This document shows positions 1-9,624 of a stretch of 64,000 nt of DNA, piece after piece. This DNA comes from Myxococcales bacterium (GTDB lineage Bacteria > Desulfobacterota > Binatia > HRBIN30): NCBI GenBank assembly GCA_037445065.1, contig JBBILD010000008.1:123131-187130 (forward strand), in the 5' to 3' direction. Under the pieces are notes generated by a model. It was not told where the DNA came from and did no database searches. It worked only from the letters and a program-made list of their open reading frames with translations. Both the position numbers and the translations under genes were made by a program. Position 1 is the stretch's first letter. Each line of letters starts with the position of its first letter.

Positions 1-6
1 CTCTGC

Positions 7-858
7 CTAAGCCTGATTTTTCGTGGCCCACAGTCGGCGGCCGTGCTCGGCAACGAGTTGCACCAATGGCCCCATTCTCGGTGGGTCGGCTTCTAAGTCC
101 GGTTCGATCCCGTGCGCCCGTAAGGCGGAAGAGCAAACAGGCCCCACAGAAGCGACCACGGAGCTCCGTAGGGCTCGGTTCCACGCCTGAGCACGTTCTG
201 GCAGTTCTTCTTGCACAAAGTCGAACACCGCGTGGACTTGGTTGGCGCTGGTGAAGATCACGATTTCGACCCTTCCGCTCAGCGCGGCTTCGACCCCCGC
301 ACGTAGCGCTTCGACGTCGCTGGGACGATCCCACTGGTACAAGGGAACACGCACCACGCGAGCCCCTTTGCTTGCAAGGCCGCGCAACAGCTCGTGGTTT
401 GGAATTCCATACTCTTGCACTGCCACCGTTTTTCCAGTCAGTAGGTGTTCGCGTTCCATGAGTTCGAGCAACTCGCGCCAGGTGTGGGGACTCGGGACGA
501 TATAGTCCGGGCTGAGCCCGAGCCCACGGAGGGCAGCGACCGGCTTGGGGCCGCGTGCCACCAGAACGGCGTGCCGCAGCGCTGCGGCCACTTCGCGGGC
601 GCTCAATTCGGGCTCGACCTGCGCGACTAAAAAGCGAACCCCGACGCCGGTGAGGAGCACCACTACGTCAATGCCTCCTCTCTCCAGCGTGGCGAGGTAG
701 GAACGTAGCTCCTCTTTGCTCGCGGTGGCCACTTCGCGCATACTCGGTGCAGAAAGCGCTCGCCCGCCGTAGTGCTGTATCAGCTTGGCAAGCTCTTGCG
801 CGCGCCGGCTTTCAAAAGCGAGTACGGTCAGCCCCTCTAGCCCACCGCCCTTTGGCAT
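7..858 (-). CDS. hemD: Uroporphyrinogen-III synthase (HemD family)
   Basis: 283 aa; ESRRA...L, LTGVG, ARGPKP, VPLYQW, FTSANQV and SVGPVCSSAL motifs typical of HemD. Confidence 0.85.
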   Translation of the reverse strand: MPKGGGLEGLTVLAFESRRAQELAKLIQHYGGRALSAPSMREVATASKEELRSYLATLERGGIDVVVLLTGVGVRFLVAQVEPELSAREVAAALRHAVLVARGPKPVAALRGLGLSPDYIVPSPHTWRELLELMEREHLLTGKTVAVQEYGIPNHELLRGLASKGARVVRVPLYQWDRPSDVEALRAGVEAALSGRVEIVIFTSANQVHAVFDFVQEELPERAQAWNRALRSSVVASVGPVCSSALRAHGIEPDLEADPPRMGPLVQLVAEHGRRLWATKNQA

Positions 859-867
859 CGGTCCACG

Positions 868-2034
868 TCAGCTCCCGCTCGGCGGATCGGCAAGCGTGTC
901 CATCACCCGTCCGCTTTGGGCGTCCACCAGCTCGAAGCGGACAGTCTCGCTTACCTTGAACCGCGACTTTTGTTCCCGCAACCGGCCGATCATGCGTTCC
1001 CGGAACAGGGCGCGCATCGAGTCTCCCATTTGCTCCATGGGGAAGTCCTTCAGATACACGCGGGCGGCGAACTCTCCCTGCCAGTCAATGCGCTGCACGC
1101 GACTCCCCATCACCGGATTTTGGCGGAACAAGCTTTCTGCCGCGGCTCGGAAGGTGCCGGCCTCGTTCTCTGAGCGACCCGTTCCGGCTTGTACCTGCTC
1201 GGGTTGTGGCGCGCCTTGTACGCGAGCCAGTACCTGATCCACTTGCTCGCGGATCCTTTGGTCCGGGGCGAGGTCCCGTGCCTTCCGGAAGGCGGCGAGA
1301 GCTTCCTCGACCTTGCCCATGCCGTGATACGCCACTCCGAGGTTGAAGTGGGCTTGGAAGAATTCAGGGTTTTTCTCGATCACACTTCGATACGTTTGAA
1401 CCGCCTCGTCCTGCTTGCCACTTGCCAGCAGCATCGTGCCGTAGTCGGTACGAACCTCGGGGTCCTCTGGTTTGACTGCCAGGTAGCGCTGGTAAAAACT
1501 GATCGCGACTGCTGGTTGCTGCCGCTCGTACGCAATGTTTCCTAAAGCCCGGAGCGCATCCAGATCCTCTGGCGCCTTCGCCAAGATGTGTTGGTAGGCG
1601 GTTTCTGCTCCGTCGAGATATTCGGGCTCTAATAAACCCGCACGGTACTGCGCTTGCGCTACCTGTCGCCACAAATCGAGGTTGTCGGGCTCTGCTTTGG
1701 CTTTGTCCCGCAATTCGGAGATTGCCTTCTTGACTTCCTCTGGAATCCGGATCGGCGGGTGGTCTTGGGGCAGCGGCGCTGCTTCAGTGGGTTTGTTGCT
1801 CAACGTCGTTTTGGGCGCTGGGAACAGGAGTCCGGAAACGACCGCGGCGCCGATCGACACGACCACGACACCGGCCACGAACAAAGGGGCGAGTTGGGGG
1901 CTCATTCTGGGCAGGCGCCCTGCCTTGCCGCTACCACTCGGCGCCGCCTCCAGCGGCGCGCCGCACTGGACGCAATAGCGAGCCTGCGGTCCCCGTTCGG
2001 CGCCACAGTACTGGCAGAAACGTGGTGCATGCAT
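868..2034 (-). CDS. Zinc-ribbon, single-TM, TPR-repeat protein (CcmI/CycH-like architecture)
   Basis: N-terminal CQYC...CVQC, hydrophobic helix, PLPQDHPPI motif, several TPRs (ALRALGNIAY, AHFNLGVAY); ends 9 bp upstream of hemD on the same strand. Confidence 0.7.
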   Translation of the reverse strand: MHAPRFCQYCGAERGPQARYCVQCGAPLEAAPSGSGKAGRLPRMSPQLAPLFVAGVVVVSIGAAVVSGLLFPAPKTTLSNKPTEAAPLPQDHPPIRIPEEVKKAISELRDKAKAEPDNLDLWRQVAQAQYRAGLLEPEYLDGAETAYQHILAKAPEDLDALRALGNIAYERQQPAVAISFYQRYLAVKPEDPEVRTDYGTMLLASGKQDEAVQTYRSVIEKNPEFFQAHFNLGVAYHGMGKVEEALAAFRKARDLAPDQRIREQVDQVLARVQGAPQPEQVQAGTGRSENEAGTFRAAAESLFRQNPVMGSRVQRIDWQGEFAARVYLKDFPMEQMGDSMRALFRERMIGRLREQKSRFKVSETVRFELVDAQSGRVMDTLADPPSGS

Positions 2035-2229
2035 TGCGTTGCACGCTAACGACCGCCCTTCGCGCGCGCAATCATGGCTTCCTCACGGAGTCCTGGCGGT
2101 GTGTATGTGCCGCAAACGGGAGAAACTGGCCAGCTCCGTGGCGAGCTTCGACCGGGCGAGCCGAACGAGTTTTTTTCCTGAACGTGCGGGCTATACTGGC
2201 GGCATTTCCGCGAGGAGGAAACGCACTCG

Positions 2230-2787
2230 ATGGTACCCATGCGTGGACGGTGGATGGCAGTGTGGTTGTTGGCCATGAGCTTCTCTTCTTGCACCTGCGA
2301 ACGTGCCTTGCCCCCTGTACCCAACGAAGAAACCACGGCTTTTCGCGAACGGGCTCGTAGCGTGACGACAGCGAGTCCATCTCCCGCCCAGGTTGCGGCA
2401 ACCCCTACGCCGAAGAGCGAGGCGTTGGCAGCGGCATCGCCACCGCCAACGCCCGTGGAGCTGCCGCAGGACTTTCCGGCCGACGTTCCTATTTACCAGG
2501 GAGCGCGCCTCGAGCAGGTGCATGAACTCCCCAACAATGCGCACAACGTGATCTTTCGCACTCCGGGCGAAGTAGACGAGATGAACCGTTTCTATCACGA
2601 GAAACTGCAGGCAGCGGGTTGGAATGTGGTACAGCAGTTCGCGCGCAAAAACCACGCGTTCATGACGTACAAAAAGGGCAATTTGGTAGCCAACATCACC
2701 ATTGCCGAGGACGCGCGTGATCCGAACAACAAGGTGATCGCAGTGATGTACGAAGAAGAGCAGCCGCTGCCATTCGAGGAGTTTTAA
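2230..2787 (+). CDS. Putative lipoprotein of unknown function
   Basis: GAGGAGG RBS, signal peptide with Cys (FSSC), Pro/Ala/Thr linker, LPQDFPADVPIYQGA...FYHEKLQAAGW domain. Start may be 2239. Confidence 0.7.
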   Translation: MVPMRGRWMAVWLLAMSFSSCTCERALPPVPNEETTAFRERARSVTTASPSPAQVAATPTPKSEALAAASPPPTPVELPQDFPADVPIYQGARLEQVHELPNNAHNVIFRTPGEVDEMNRFYHEKLQAAGWNVVQQFARKNHAFMTYKKGNLVANITIAEDARDPNNKVIAVMYEEEQPLPFEEF

Positions 2788-2811
2788 AGCAGCTCGCTGT
2801 TTCTTTGCTGA

Positions 2812-3681
2812 TCAGAAGCGCAGCGTCTGCAGGAAGTCGCAAACTGCCTGTGTGAACAGGTCGTTGCGGTCGCCTGCGATCATATGGCCCGCCTCGGCCA
2901 CGTCCGCGTAGCGCGCATGCGGTACTGCAGCGAGGAATTCGCGAACGCTTTCCTCCGAGATCACGTCGCTCATTCTCCCTCGCACCAGAAGGGTTGGGAT
3001 TTGCAGACGGCGTGCCGCGGCTAGTAGACGCTCGGGTTGCTGCGAGGCGTCCGGGCGCCGCTCACCGAGCACGAAGCGCGGGTCCCAGTGCCACCGATAG
3101 CGTCCATCCTCCCCCCGCCGCAGGTTTTTCTCCAGCCCAGAGAAATCCTTTGGTGGCCTTCGGTGGGGGAGGTAGGCAGCAACCGCCGCCGCGGCCTCCT
3201 CAATCGAGGAGAAACCATCCAGGTGTCCGCGCATGAAGGCGACGATACGCTGCACCCCATTCGGATCCATGCGTGGTGCAATATCAACAAGCACGAGGGC
3301 GCGCAGGGCCCGCGGTGCCTCTTCGCCTGCAGTAAGCAGGCCGGTGATGCCACCGAGGGAAGCACCGACGAGGACGGGAGCTTGGCGCAATTGTGCGAGT
3401 ACACCCAACAAGTCCGCGACAAAGGCTTGCAGCGTGTAATCTCCATCCGGGGCCCATGCACTCGCGCCGTGGCCGCGCAGGTCGAGTGAAACCGCATACC
3501 AGTTCTGCTCAGCTAAGCGCGCGGCCGTGTCGCCCCACGCGTGCCGCGTCTGTCCACCGCCAGGCAGCAAGAGTACGGGCGGGTCCTGGGGGTTTCCCCA
3601 AGCGTCGGCCTGGAGACGAAGCCCCTGGTAGCCGCGAAATTCAATCGTTTGCAGCGTGGGCACGGCCACGCTCATGCGCAA
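2812..3681 (-). CDS. Alpha/beta-fold hydrolase
   Basis: GGGQT, DLRGHG, GASLGG nucleophile elbow, AGHMIAGD His motif. Confidence 0.9.
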   Translation of the reverse strand: MRMSVAVPTLQTIEFRGYQGLRLQADAWGNPQDPPVLLLPGGGQTRHAWGDTAARLAEQNWYAVSLDLRGHGASAWAPDGDYTLQAFVADLLGVLAQLRQAPVLVGASLGGITGLLTAGEEAPRALRALVLVDIAPRMDPNGVQRIVAFMRGHLDGFSSIEEAAAAVAAYLPHRRPPKDFSGLEKNLRRGEDGRYRWHWDPRFVLGERRPDASQQPERLLAAARRLQIPTLLVRGRMSDVISEESVREFLAAVPHARYADVAEAGHMIAGDRNDLFTQAVCDFLQTLRF

Positions 3682-3796
3682 GTGCGGGCGCTACTGCAAG
3701 GGCGTTCGGCATGCGGTGCAGGGGGGCTGTGCCGTCTTGCGCAACGAGTTCTGTGATGGGTTTGGGCTTGGATGATGGGGGTGTGTTCTGGCTCGG

Positions 3797-5020
3797 TCAG
3801 GGAGGCCCGCCAGCGGGTAGCTCGCCGACCGCGATGCGAGCAATATGTTCGCCGATGGCAAGGGAAGCGCTCGCCGCAGGAGACGGAGCGTTGAGCACGT
3901 GGACCGCGTGCGGCCGCGCCAGCACTGCGAAATCGTCAACCAGGCTTCCGTCTGGCGCCACCGCTTGGGCGCGCACGCCGGATCCCCCCGGGATGAGATC
4001 CTCTAAGCCGATGTCTGGCACCAGTTTTTGCAGTGCGCGCCAGAACGCCCGCTTGCTGAGCGAGCGATGGAGCTCCGCTAGTCCGGTTCGCCAATGGCGG
4101 CGCACCATGCGCCGAAACCCCTTGTATGTCAGCATTTGGCCGAGCTCTCGCATGCAGACGTCACGCAGCCGGTAGCCTTCGCGTGCGAACGCCAACACCG
4201 CGTTCGGTCCGGCTTCGAAGTCCCCGGTAATCCGTTTCGTAAAGTGCACCCCAAGAAAAGGAAAGCGCGGGTCCGGAACAGGATAAATCAAGGCTCGCAC
4301 CCACTGCTGGCCCGGGCGAAGCAGGTAATACTCCCCACGGAAAGGCAGGATGCGTACGGTGGGCGTCTCTCCGAGAAGCTGGGCGACACGATCAGCATAC
4401 AACCCGGCACAGTTGATCACGCGGTGCGCTCGTACCTCCCGCCCAAACCTGTCCGTCAAGAGGACCGTGCCTTCCTCGATCCGCGCTGTTTCAACCTTCA
4501 TTCCGAGATGGAAGCTGACTCCCTGGCGGCGCAGAACCTGCGCCAGGGTGCGAGCGACCTGGGCAAAATCGAGCACGGCGGTGAACGGAGAGTGAATAGC
4601 CCGCAACCCGCGCGCATATGGTTCGATCTCCCGTAGTTCCTCCGGACCGATCATGCGCAATCCCGGCACGCTGTTGGCCCGGCCTCGATCCATTAATTGC
4701 TCCAGGCGGGCTAGCTCGTCCTCATTGGTAGCAACAATCACCTTCCCGCAATCGTCAACGGGAATCCCCTGCTCTGCGCAAAACTCGCGCATCCGCGCCA
4801 CGCCTTCGACGCACAGGCGAGCCTTCAAGGAACCCGGTTTGTAATAGATTCCGGCGTGCAGTACCCCGCTGTTGTGAGCGGTTTGATGCCTGCCCACGGC
4901 AGGCTCCTTGTCGATCACAGCGATCCGCTCCTGCGGGCGCAGTGCCCGTAGAGCGCGAGCGGTGGCCAAGCCAACGATCCCGGCACCGATGATCGCATAG
5001 TCGAATCGGTCGTCTCGCAT
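3797..5020 (-). CDS. lhgO: L-2-hydroxyglutarate oxidase (FAD-dependent)
   Basis: GAGIVG FAD motif, HQTAHNSGVLHAGIYYKPGSLKA, PVPDPRFPFLGVHFT, SGVRAQA, NAPSPAASASL. Confidence 0.92.
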   Translation of the reverse strand: MRDDRFDYAIIGAGIVGLATARALRALRPQERIAVIDKEPAVGRHQTAHNSGVLHAGIYYKPGSLKARLCVEGVARMREFCAEQGIPVDDCGKVIVATNEDELARLEQLMDRGRANSVPGLRMIGPEELREIEPYARGLRAIHSPFTAVLDFAQVARTLAQVLRRQGVSFHLGMKVETARIEEGTVLLTDRFGREVRAHRVINCAGLYADRVAQLLGETPTVRILPFRGEYYLLRPGQQWVRALIYPVPDPRFPFLGVHFTKRITGDFEAGPNAVLAFAREGYRLRDVCMRELGQMLTYKGFRRMVRRHWRTGLAELHRSLSKRAFWRALQKLVPDIGLEDLIPGGSGVRAQAVAPDGSLVDDFAVLARPHAVHVLNAPSPAASASLAIGEHIARIAVGELPAGGPP

Positions 5021-5096
5021 CGGCTCGCTTCCTAGGGTTGCACCCGTTTACGCAGTGCCATGATTGCCTTGCAATGGGGCAGGAAGTGACGCCTGC

Positions 5097-6533
5097 TCAC
5101 TCGTGGTAGCCCAGTGCTCGTAGCCGCTGTTGCGTGGCTTCATCCAGGGTCACAGTTGGACCAGGACGGGCCGCGCTGACCAGCGCTTCGATGGCGAGCA
5201 CATGCTGATGTAAGCGCTGCATCGCCTCGGGATTTCGAGCATGTTCTTCAGCCAAGGCTTGTGCACGCACCTGGAACAACTCCCTGCTTCGGTCGGAGTA
5301 CTCCATGAGTTTCCAGCCTCCCTCGATCGCCGCCAGGCGCTGCGACGGAGCTTCTGCGTTGAGCGAGGCGCCGCTGAGCGTCGTCAGTCGGCCGCTGTAA
5401 ACCGGTCTCGAGGTGGTTTGCCACAAGTGACGGCGAAGCCAGGCCCACCATCCCGCGGGCGCTCGCAAGGAGCTTCCGGCCATCGAGTCGGGCACTTTGC
5501 ATCCGGCCACGTCCAGAACCGTCGGAGCTAAGTCGATCAGGGAGACTGTTTGGTGAACATCCGTCCGCGTACGCTGGCCGGGGAAGGAGACAAACAGGGG
5601 CACGCGGATCAGTTCCTCGCGCAGTGCGTGGCCATGTCCGAGCTTGCCGTGTTCGTGGAGTTCTTCTCCATGATCCGCGGTGACAACAACGAGTGCGCGG
5701 TTTAGCAATTGGTAGTGCGATAAGAGCGCAAAAATCCGTGCTAGGGACTCGTCAGCAGCTTTGACCTCTGCGTCGTACAGTGTAACGATTGCTTGGCGTT
5801 CCAACTCACTGGGCTCTTGCCAGCGATTTCTCGGGTCGAAGAATAAGTTGGTGATGGCAACGCGTAGCTCGTCTTGGTTGCCAGCTTGGCGGAGTACTGC
5901 GTCGAGGCTTTCCTGGGGCGGGACATAGAGGAAGTGGGTGTCCATGAGGTGCAGATACAGAAACAGTGGTTTCCCGGACGCGGCGCTCGCCCGTTTCAGC
6001 GTCTCTTCGAGTACGTGCTGCACTCGATCGGCTCGGATCTTCTGCAGTGGCTTGCCGCCGCTAATTTCGTCAGTGACCACGCGCCACTCATCGAAGCCTC
6101 GGGCAAAGCCGCTCTCCTCCCGGAGCAAGGGGTTGGCCGTGATTCCAAGCGTAAAGTAGCCTGCGGCTTGCAGGACCTCGCTGAGCGTTGCGCTGTCACT
6201 GGTCAAAACGGAGCGGAAGGAATTGACCCCATGTGCCCACGGGTACTGTGAGGTGAACATGGAGGCCACCGAGGGCAGAGTCCACGGTGAAGTTGCGTAC
6301 GCTCGCCAGTACACATGAGAGCGTTGCGCAAGCTGGTCGAGAAAGGGCGTAAGGCCGGTTCCTGGGCGGTAAACACCCACTCGATCCCAGCGCAGGCTAT
6401 CCGCCACGACCCACACCACATTCGGGGCCTGCTCTGCGGCGCGAGCGCATCCGCCCCCCAGGGGCATCAACAATAACGCTGTTGCAACGCGAAGCCACCC
6501 TCCGAGCCAGCTCATCCCTTTTGCCGCTAACAT
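5097..6533 (-). CDS. Exported sulfatase-like / alkaline-phosphatase-superfamily hydrolase
   Basis: PNVVWVVADSLRWD, SPWTLPSVASMFTS, TADHGE, C-terminal LRALGY; N-terminal signal. Start uncertain (6593, 6533 or 6515). Confidence 0.85.
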   Translation of the reverse strand: MLAAKGMSWLGGWLRVATALLLMPLGGGCARAAEQAPNVVWVVADSLRWDRVGVYRPGTGLTPFLDQLAQRSHVYWRAYATSPWTLPSVASMFTSQYPWAHGVNSFRSVLTSDSATLSEVLQAAGYFTLGITANPLLREESGFARGFDEWRVVTDEISGGKPLQKIRADRVQHVLEETLKRASAASGKPLFLYLHLMDTHFLYVPPQESLDAVLRQAGNQDELRVAITNLFFDPRNRWQEPSELERQAIVTLYDAEVKAADESLARIFALLSHYQLLNRALVVVTADHGEELHEHGKLGHGHALREELIRVPLFVSFPGQRTRTDVHQTVSLIDLAPTVLDVAGCKVPDSMAGSSLRAPAGWWAWLRRHLWQTTSRPVYSGRLTTLSGASLNAEAPSQRLAAIEGGWKLMEYSDRSRELFQVRAQALAEEHARNPEAMQRLHQHVLAIEALVSAARPGPTVTLDEATQQRLRALGYHE

Positions 6534-6640
6534 CCTCGCTGGTCCCTGTGAAGCCGAAAGCGAAGCAACAGGGCAACGCGCTTGAAGTTGCAACCAGAGC
6601 GGCGCTGGGCGGAGACCACTGTTGTCCAGGGGGCAACCAG

Positions 6641-6699
6641 CCGTTGTTCATGAAAAACGGGGCACCAGAGGAACGTGAGTTCCGCGAGGGTGAGTTCCG
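6641..6699. promoter_or_regulatory. Candidate operator: 20-bp imperfect palindrome plus 10-bp direct repeat
   Basis: CCGTTGTTCATGAAAAACGG at 6641-6660 (18/20 symmetric) and GTGAGTTCCG at 6675-6684 and 6690-6699, in the divergent gap upstream of tal. Confidence 0.35.
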
Positions 6700-6801
6700 A
6701 GGCAACGCGACTCTGCAGGCTAACTCGAGCGGGTGCCTCTTTCGGTTGTGCCGCATAGGGGGTAGGTTACAAGGAGTATCGTTGAAGGAAAGGAGAGCGC
6801 A

Positions 6802-7887
6802 ATGCTGTCAACTCTCGAGCTGCGTGCCAAGGGGCAGAGCGTTTGGCTGGATCAAATTTCCCGTTCGCTTTTGCGAACGGGCACGTTGCGCCGTTACATC
6901 GAGGAGTTCGGGGTCTCCGGCTTGACCTCGAATCCGACGATTTTCGACAACGCGATCAAAACATCGCGCGACTACGATCCGTACATTCGGCGAGGACTGG
7001 CCGCAGGCTTGAGTGGGGAGGAGTTGTTTCTGCACTTGGCGCTGGAAGATCTGCGAGAGGCAGCAGATTTGTTGCGGCCCGAGTTCGAACGTACCAACGG
7101 AGACGACGGATGGGTGTCGCTCGAGGTGTCTCCTCTCCTGGCGTACGATGCGGAGGCGACCGTAAGCGCCGCGCAGTCGCTGTGGGAACGAGCGGAGCGG
7201 CCCAACCTCTTCATCAAAATCCCGGGTACGGAACCTGGATTACGTGCGATCGAAGAAAGCATCTTTCGAGGCGTTCCTGTCAATGTGACCCTGCTCTTTT
7301 CCGCAGAGCATTACCGGGCCGCGGCCGAGGCCTATATGCGGGGTATTGAGCGTCGGTTGGCTGCTGGCCTGGAACCGAGGGTACGCTCGGTCGCTTCGTT
7401 GTTCGTGAGTCGGTGGGACAAGGCTGTGATGGGAGCAGTGCCGGAGTCCCTGCGCAACCGCCTGGGTTACGCCATCGCTTTGCAAACCTATCGTTCGTAT
7501 CGGCAACTTTTGGCCAGTGAGCGCTGGCAGAAGCTAGCCCAGGCCGGAGCGCGGCCGCAAAAGCTTCTGTGGGCCAGCACCGGGACAAAAGACCCGCAAG
7601 CATCCGATGTTTTGTACGTGGAGATGCTCTTCGCTCCCGATACCGTCAACACCATGCCGGAGGAAACGCTGCTGGCTTTCGTAGACCATGGCCGCGTTGG
7701 AGAGCCACTGCCCGCCGATGGGAAGCCTGCGGACGACATCTTGCAGGAGTTTGCCCGGGCGGGAATCGACGTACCGGGGCTTGCGGCGAAGCTGCAGCGC
7801 GACGGGGCGGAAGCCTTTGCCCAATCTTGGCGGAGCCTGCTGGAGCGGCTGGGAACGCGCGCAGAAGAACTGCGGGTTGCGGTGTAA
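6802..7887 (+). CDS. tal: Transaldolase
   Basis: GQSVWLD, GLTSNPTIF, VSLEVSP, IKIPGT (Schiff-base Lys), NVTLLFS, LWASTGTK; AAGGAG RBS. Confidence 0.95.
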   Translation: MLSTLELRAKGQSVWLDQISRSLLRTGTLRRYIEEFGVSGLTSNPTIFDNAIKTSRDYDPYIRRGLAAGLSGEELFLHLALEDLREAADLLRPEFERTNGDDGWVSLEVSPLLAYDAEATVSAAQSLWERAERPNLFIKIPGTEPGLRAIEESIFRGVPVNVTLLFSAEHYRAAAEAYMRGIERRLAAGLEPRVRSVASLFVSRWDKAVMGAVPESLRNRLGYAIALQTYRSYRQLLASERWQKLAQAGARPQKLLWASTGTKDPQASDVLYVEMLFAPDTVNTMPEETLLAFVDHGRVGEPLPADGKPADDILQEFARAGIDVPGLAAKLQRDGAEAFAQSWRSLLERLGTRAEELRVAV

Positions 7888-7914
7888 CGGTTGTTCCCTG
7901 CGGATCTCGGTCTC

Positions 7915-9564
7915 ATGCCTGCGATGCGCCTGCGAGAGCTGCCGGCGTGGCGTGCCCTGGAAGACCACCGCGAAGCCGTCGCGGATCGCCACCTTCGCGA
8001 GTGGTTTCGCTGCGATCCGGACCGTGGCCGCCGTCTGACCTTTGAGGCCGCGGGTTGGCGGGTGGATTTTTCCAAGAACCGCCTAGGGCCGGAAACTTTG
8101 GACTTGCTGGTCCGGCTTGCTGAGCAGTGCGGAGTGCCACAGCGCCGGGATGCAATGCTACGCGGGGAACGAGTGAACTCCACAGAAAATCGCCCGGCGC
8201 TGCACGTGGCCCTGCGCATGCCGCGGTCACGCTCCCTGGTGGTGGGAAGCGAAGACGTCATTCCTCAAGTGCACGCCGTTCTCGATCAAATGTCGGATTT
8301 TGCGACCCGGGTCCGGTGCGGGGCGTGGAAGGGGGCCACGGGTAGGCGCATCCGCCGTGTTGTGCACCTCGGCATCGGCGGTTCCGATCTGGGGCCAGCA
8401 ATGGTGTACGAGGCACTCCGCTTTTACGCGACTCGCGACATCGAGTTTTTCTTTGTCGCCAACATCGATAGCGCGGATTTGCACTTGGCGCTGGCAGGTG
8501 CCGACCCGGCGGAGACCCTCTTCATTGTTTCCTCCAAGACGTTCACCACCTTGGAGACGATGACCAACGCGCACAGTGCGCGGGCCTGGCTGGTGCGTGC
8601 CCTGGGTGATGAGGCGGCGATCAAGCGACACTTCGTCGCTGTTTCTACTAACACAGAGGCGGTCCGCGCCTTCGGAATCGCCCCAGAGAACATGTTCGCG
8701 TTTTGGGACTGGGTGGGTGGCCGCTTTTCGGTGGATTCTGCCATCGGTCTAGCGGTGATGATCGCGATCGGTCCGGATGCCTTTCGCGATTTTCTCGCAG
8801 GCTTTCATGCCATGGATGAGCACTTTGCCAGCGCACCGCTAGCCCGCAACCTGCCCGTGCTGCATGCACTGGTGGCGGTTTGGAACACCAATTTCCTGGG
8901 CGCGGAAAGCCTTGCGGTGATCCCGTACTCGCACTGCTTGCGGCGCTTCCCCGCTTATTTGCAGCAGCTCTTTATGGAGAGCAATGGGAAGCGGGTCACC
9001 GTACACGGGGAACCGGTTGATTACCACACCTGCCCAGTGCTTTGGGGTGAGCCCGGGACGAATGGACAGCATTCGTTTTTTCAACTCCTACACCAAGGCA
9101 CGCGCTTCGTCCCTTGTGACCTGATCGGTTTTTGCGAGCCCCAGGACGGGCGATGGGATCATCACGACGTGCTGATGGCGAACCTCATCGCCCAGGCGCA
9201 AGCTTTGGCCTTTGGGCGCACAGCCGAAGAGACTGCGGAAAGTGGGATGCCTTCGCGACTCGTGCCGCACCGTACCTTTCCTGGAAACCGCCCAACCACC
9301 GCCCTCCTTTCCGTACGCTTGTCCCCACGAACCCTGGGCGCCTTGATCGCATTGTACGAGCACAGCGTGTTTACCCAGGGGGTGATCTGGAACATCAATT
9401 CCTTCGATCAATGGGGTGTCGAGCTAGGCAAGGAGTTGGCGCAAAAAATCGTTCCCCACCTGACCGGGGAAAGTGAGGCCTTGCTCGGTTGCGATTCGTC
9501 GACGGAGGAACTCGTCCGCTACTATCGCAGCAAGCGGCATCAGAGTGGTGGAGAAGCGGGTTGA
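7915..9564 (+). CDS. pgi: Glucose-6-phosphate isomerase
   Basis: [57 protein letters not shown]. Start uncertain (7891, 7915 or 7924). Confidence 0.95.
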   Translation: MPAMRLRELPAWRALEDHREAVADRHLREWFRCDPDRGRRLTFEAAGWRVDFSKNRLGPETLDLLVRLAEQCGVPQRRDAMLRGERVNSTENRPALHVALRMPRSRSLVVGSEDVIPQVHAVLDQMSDFATRVRCGAWKGATGRRIRRVVHLGIGGSDLGPAMVYEALRFYATRDIEFFFVANIDSADLHLALAGADPAETLFIVSSKTFTTLETMTNAHSARAWLVRALGDEAAIKRHFVAVSTNTEAVRAFGIAPENMFAFWDWVGGRFSVDSAIGLAVMIAIGPDAFRDFLAGFHAMDEHFASAPLARNLPVLHALVAVWNTNFLGAESLAVIPYSHCLRRFPAYLQQLFMESNGKRVTVHGEPVDYHTCPVLWGEPGTNGQHSFFQLLHQGTRFVPCDLIGFCEPQDGRWDHHDVLMANLIAQAQALAFGRTAEETAESGMPSRLVPHRTFPGNRPTTALLSVRLSPRTLGALIALYEHSVFTQGVIWNINSFDQWGVELGKELAQKIVPHLTGESEALLGCDSSTEELVRYYRSKRHQSGGEAG

Positions 9565-9624
9565 GAAGCCCACCAAGAAAAGCGGTTTTGCAGTTCGGCA
9601 AAGGCGGCCGGAACGGAGGATGAA

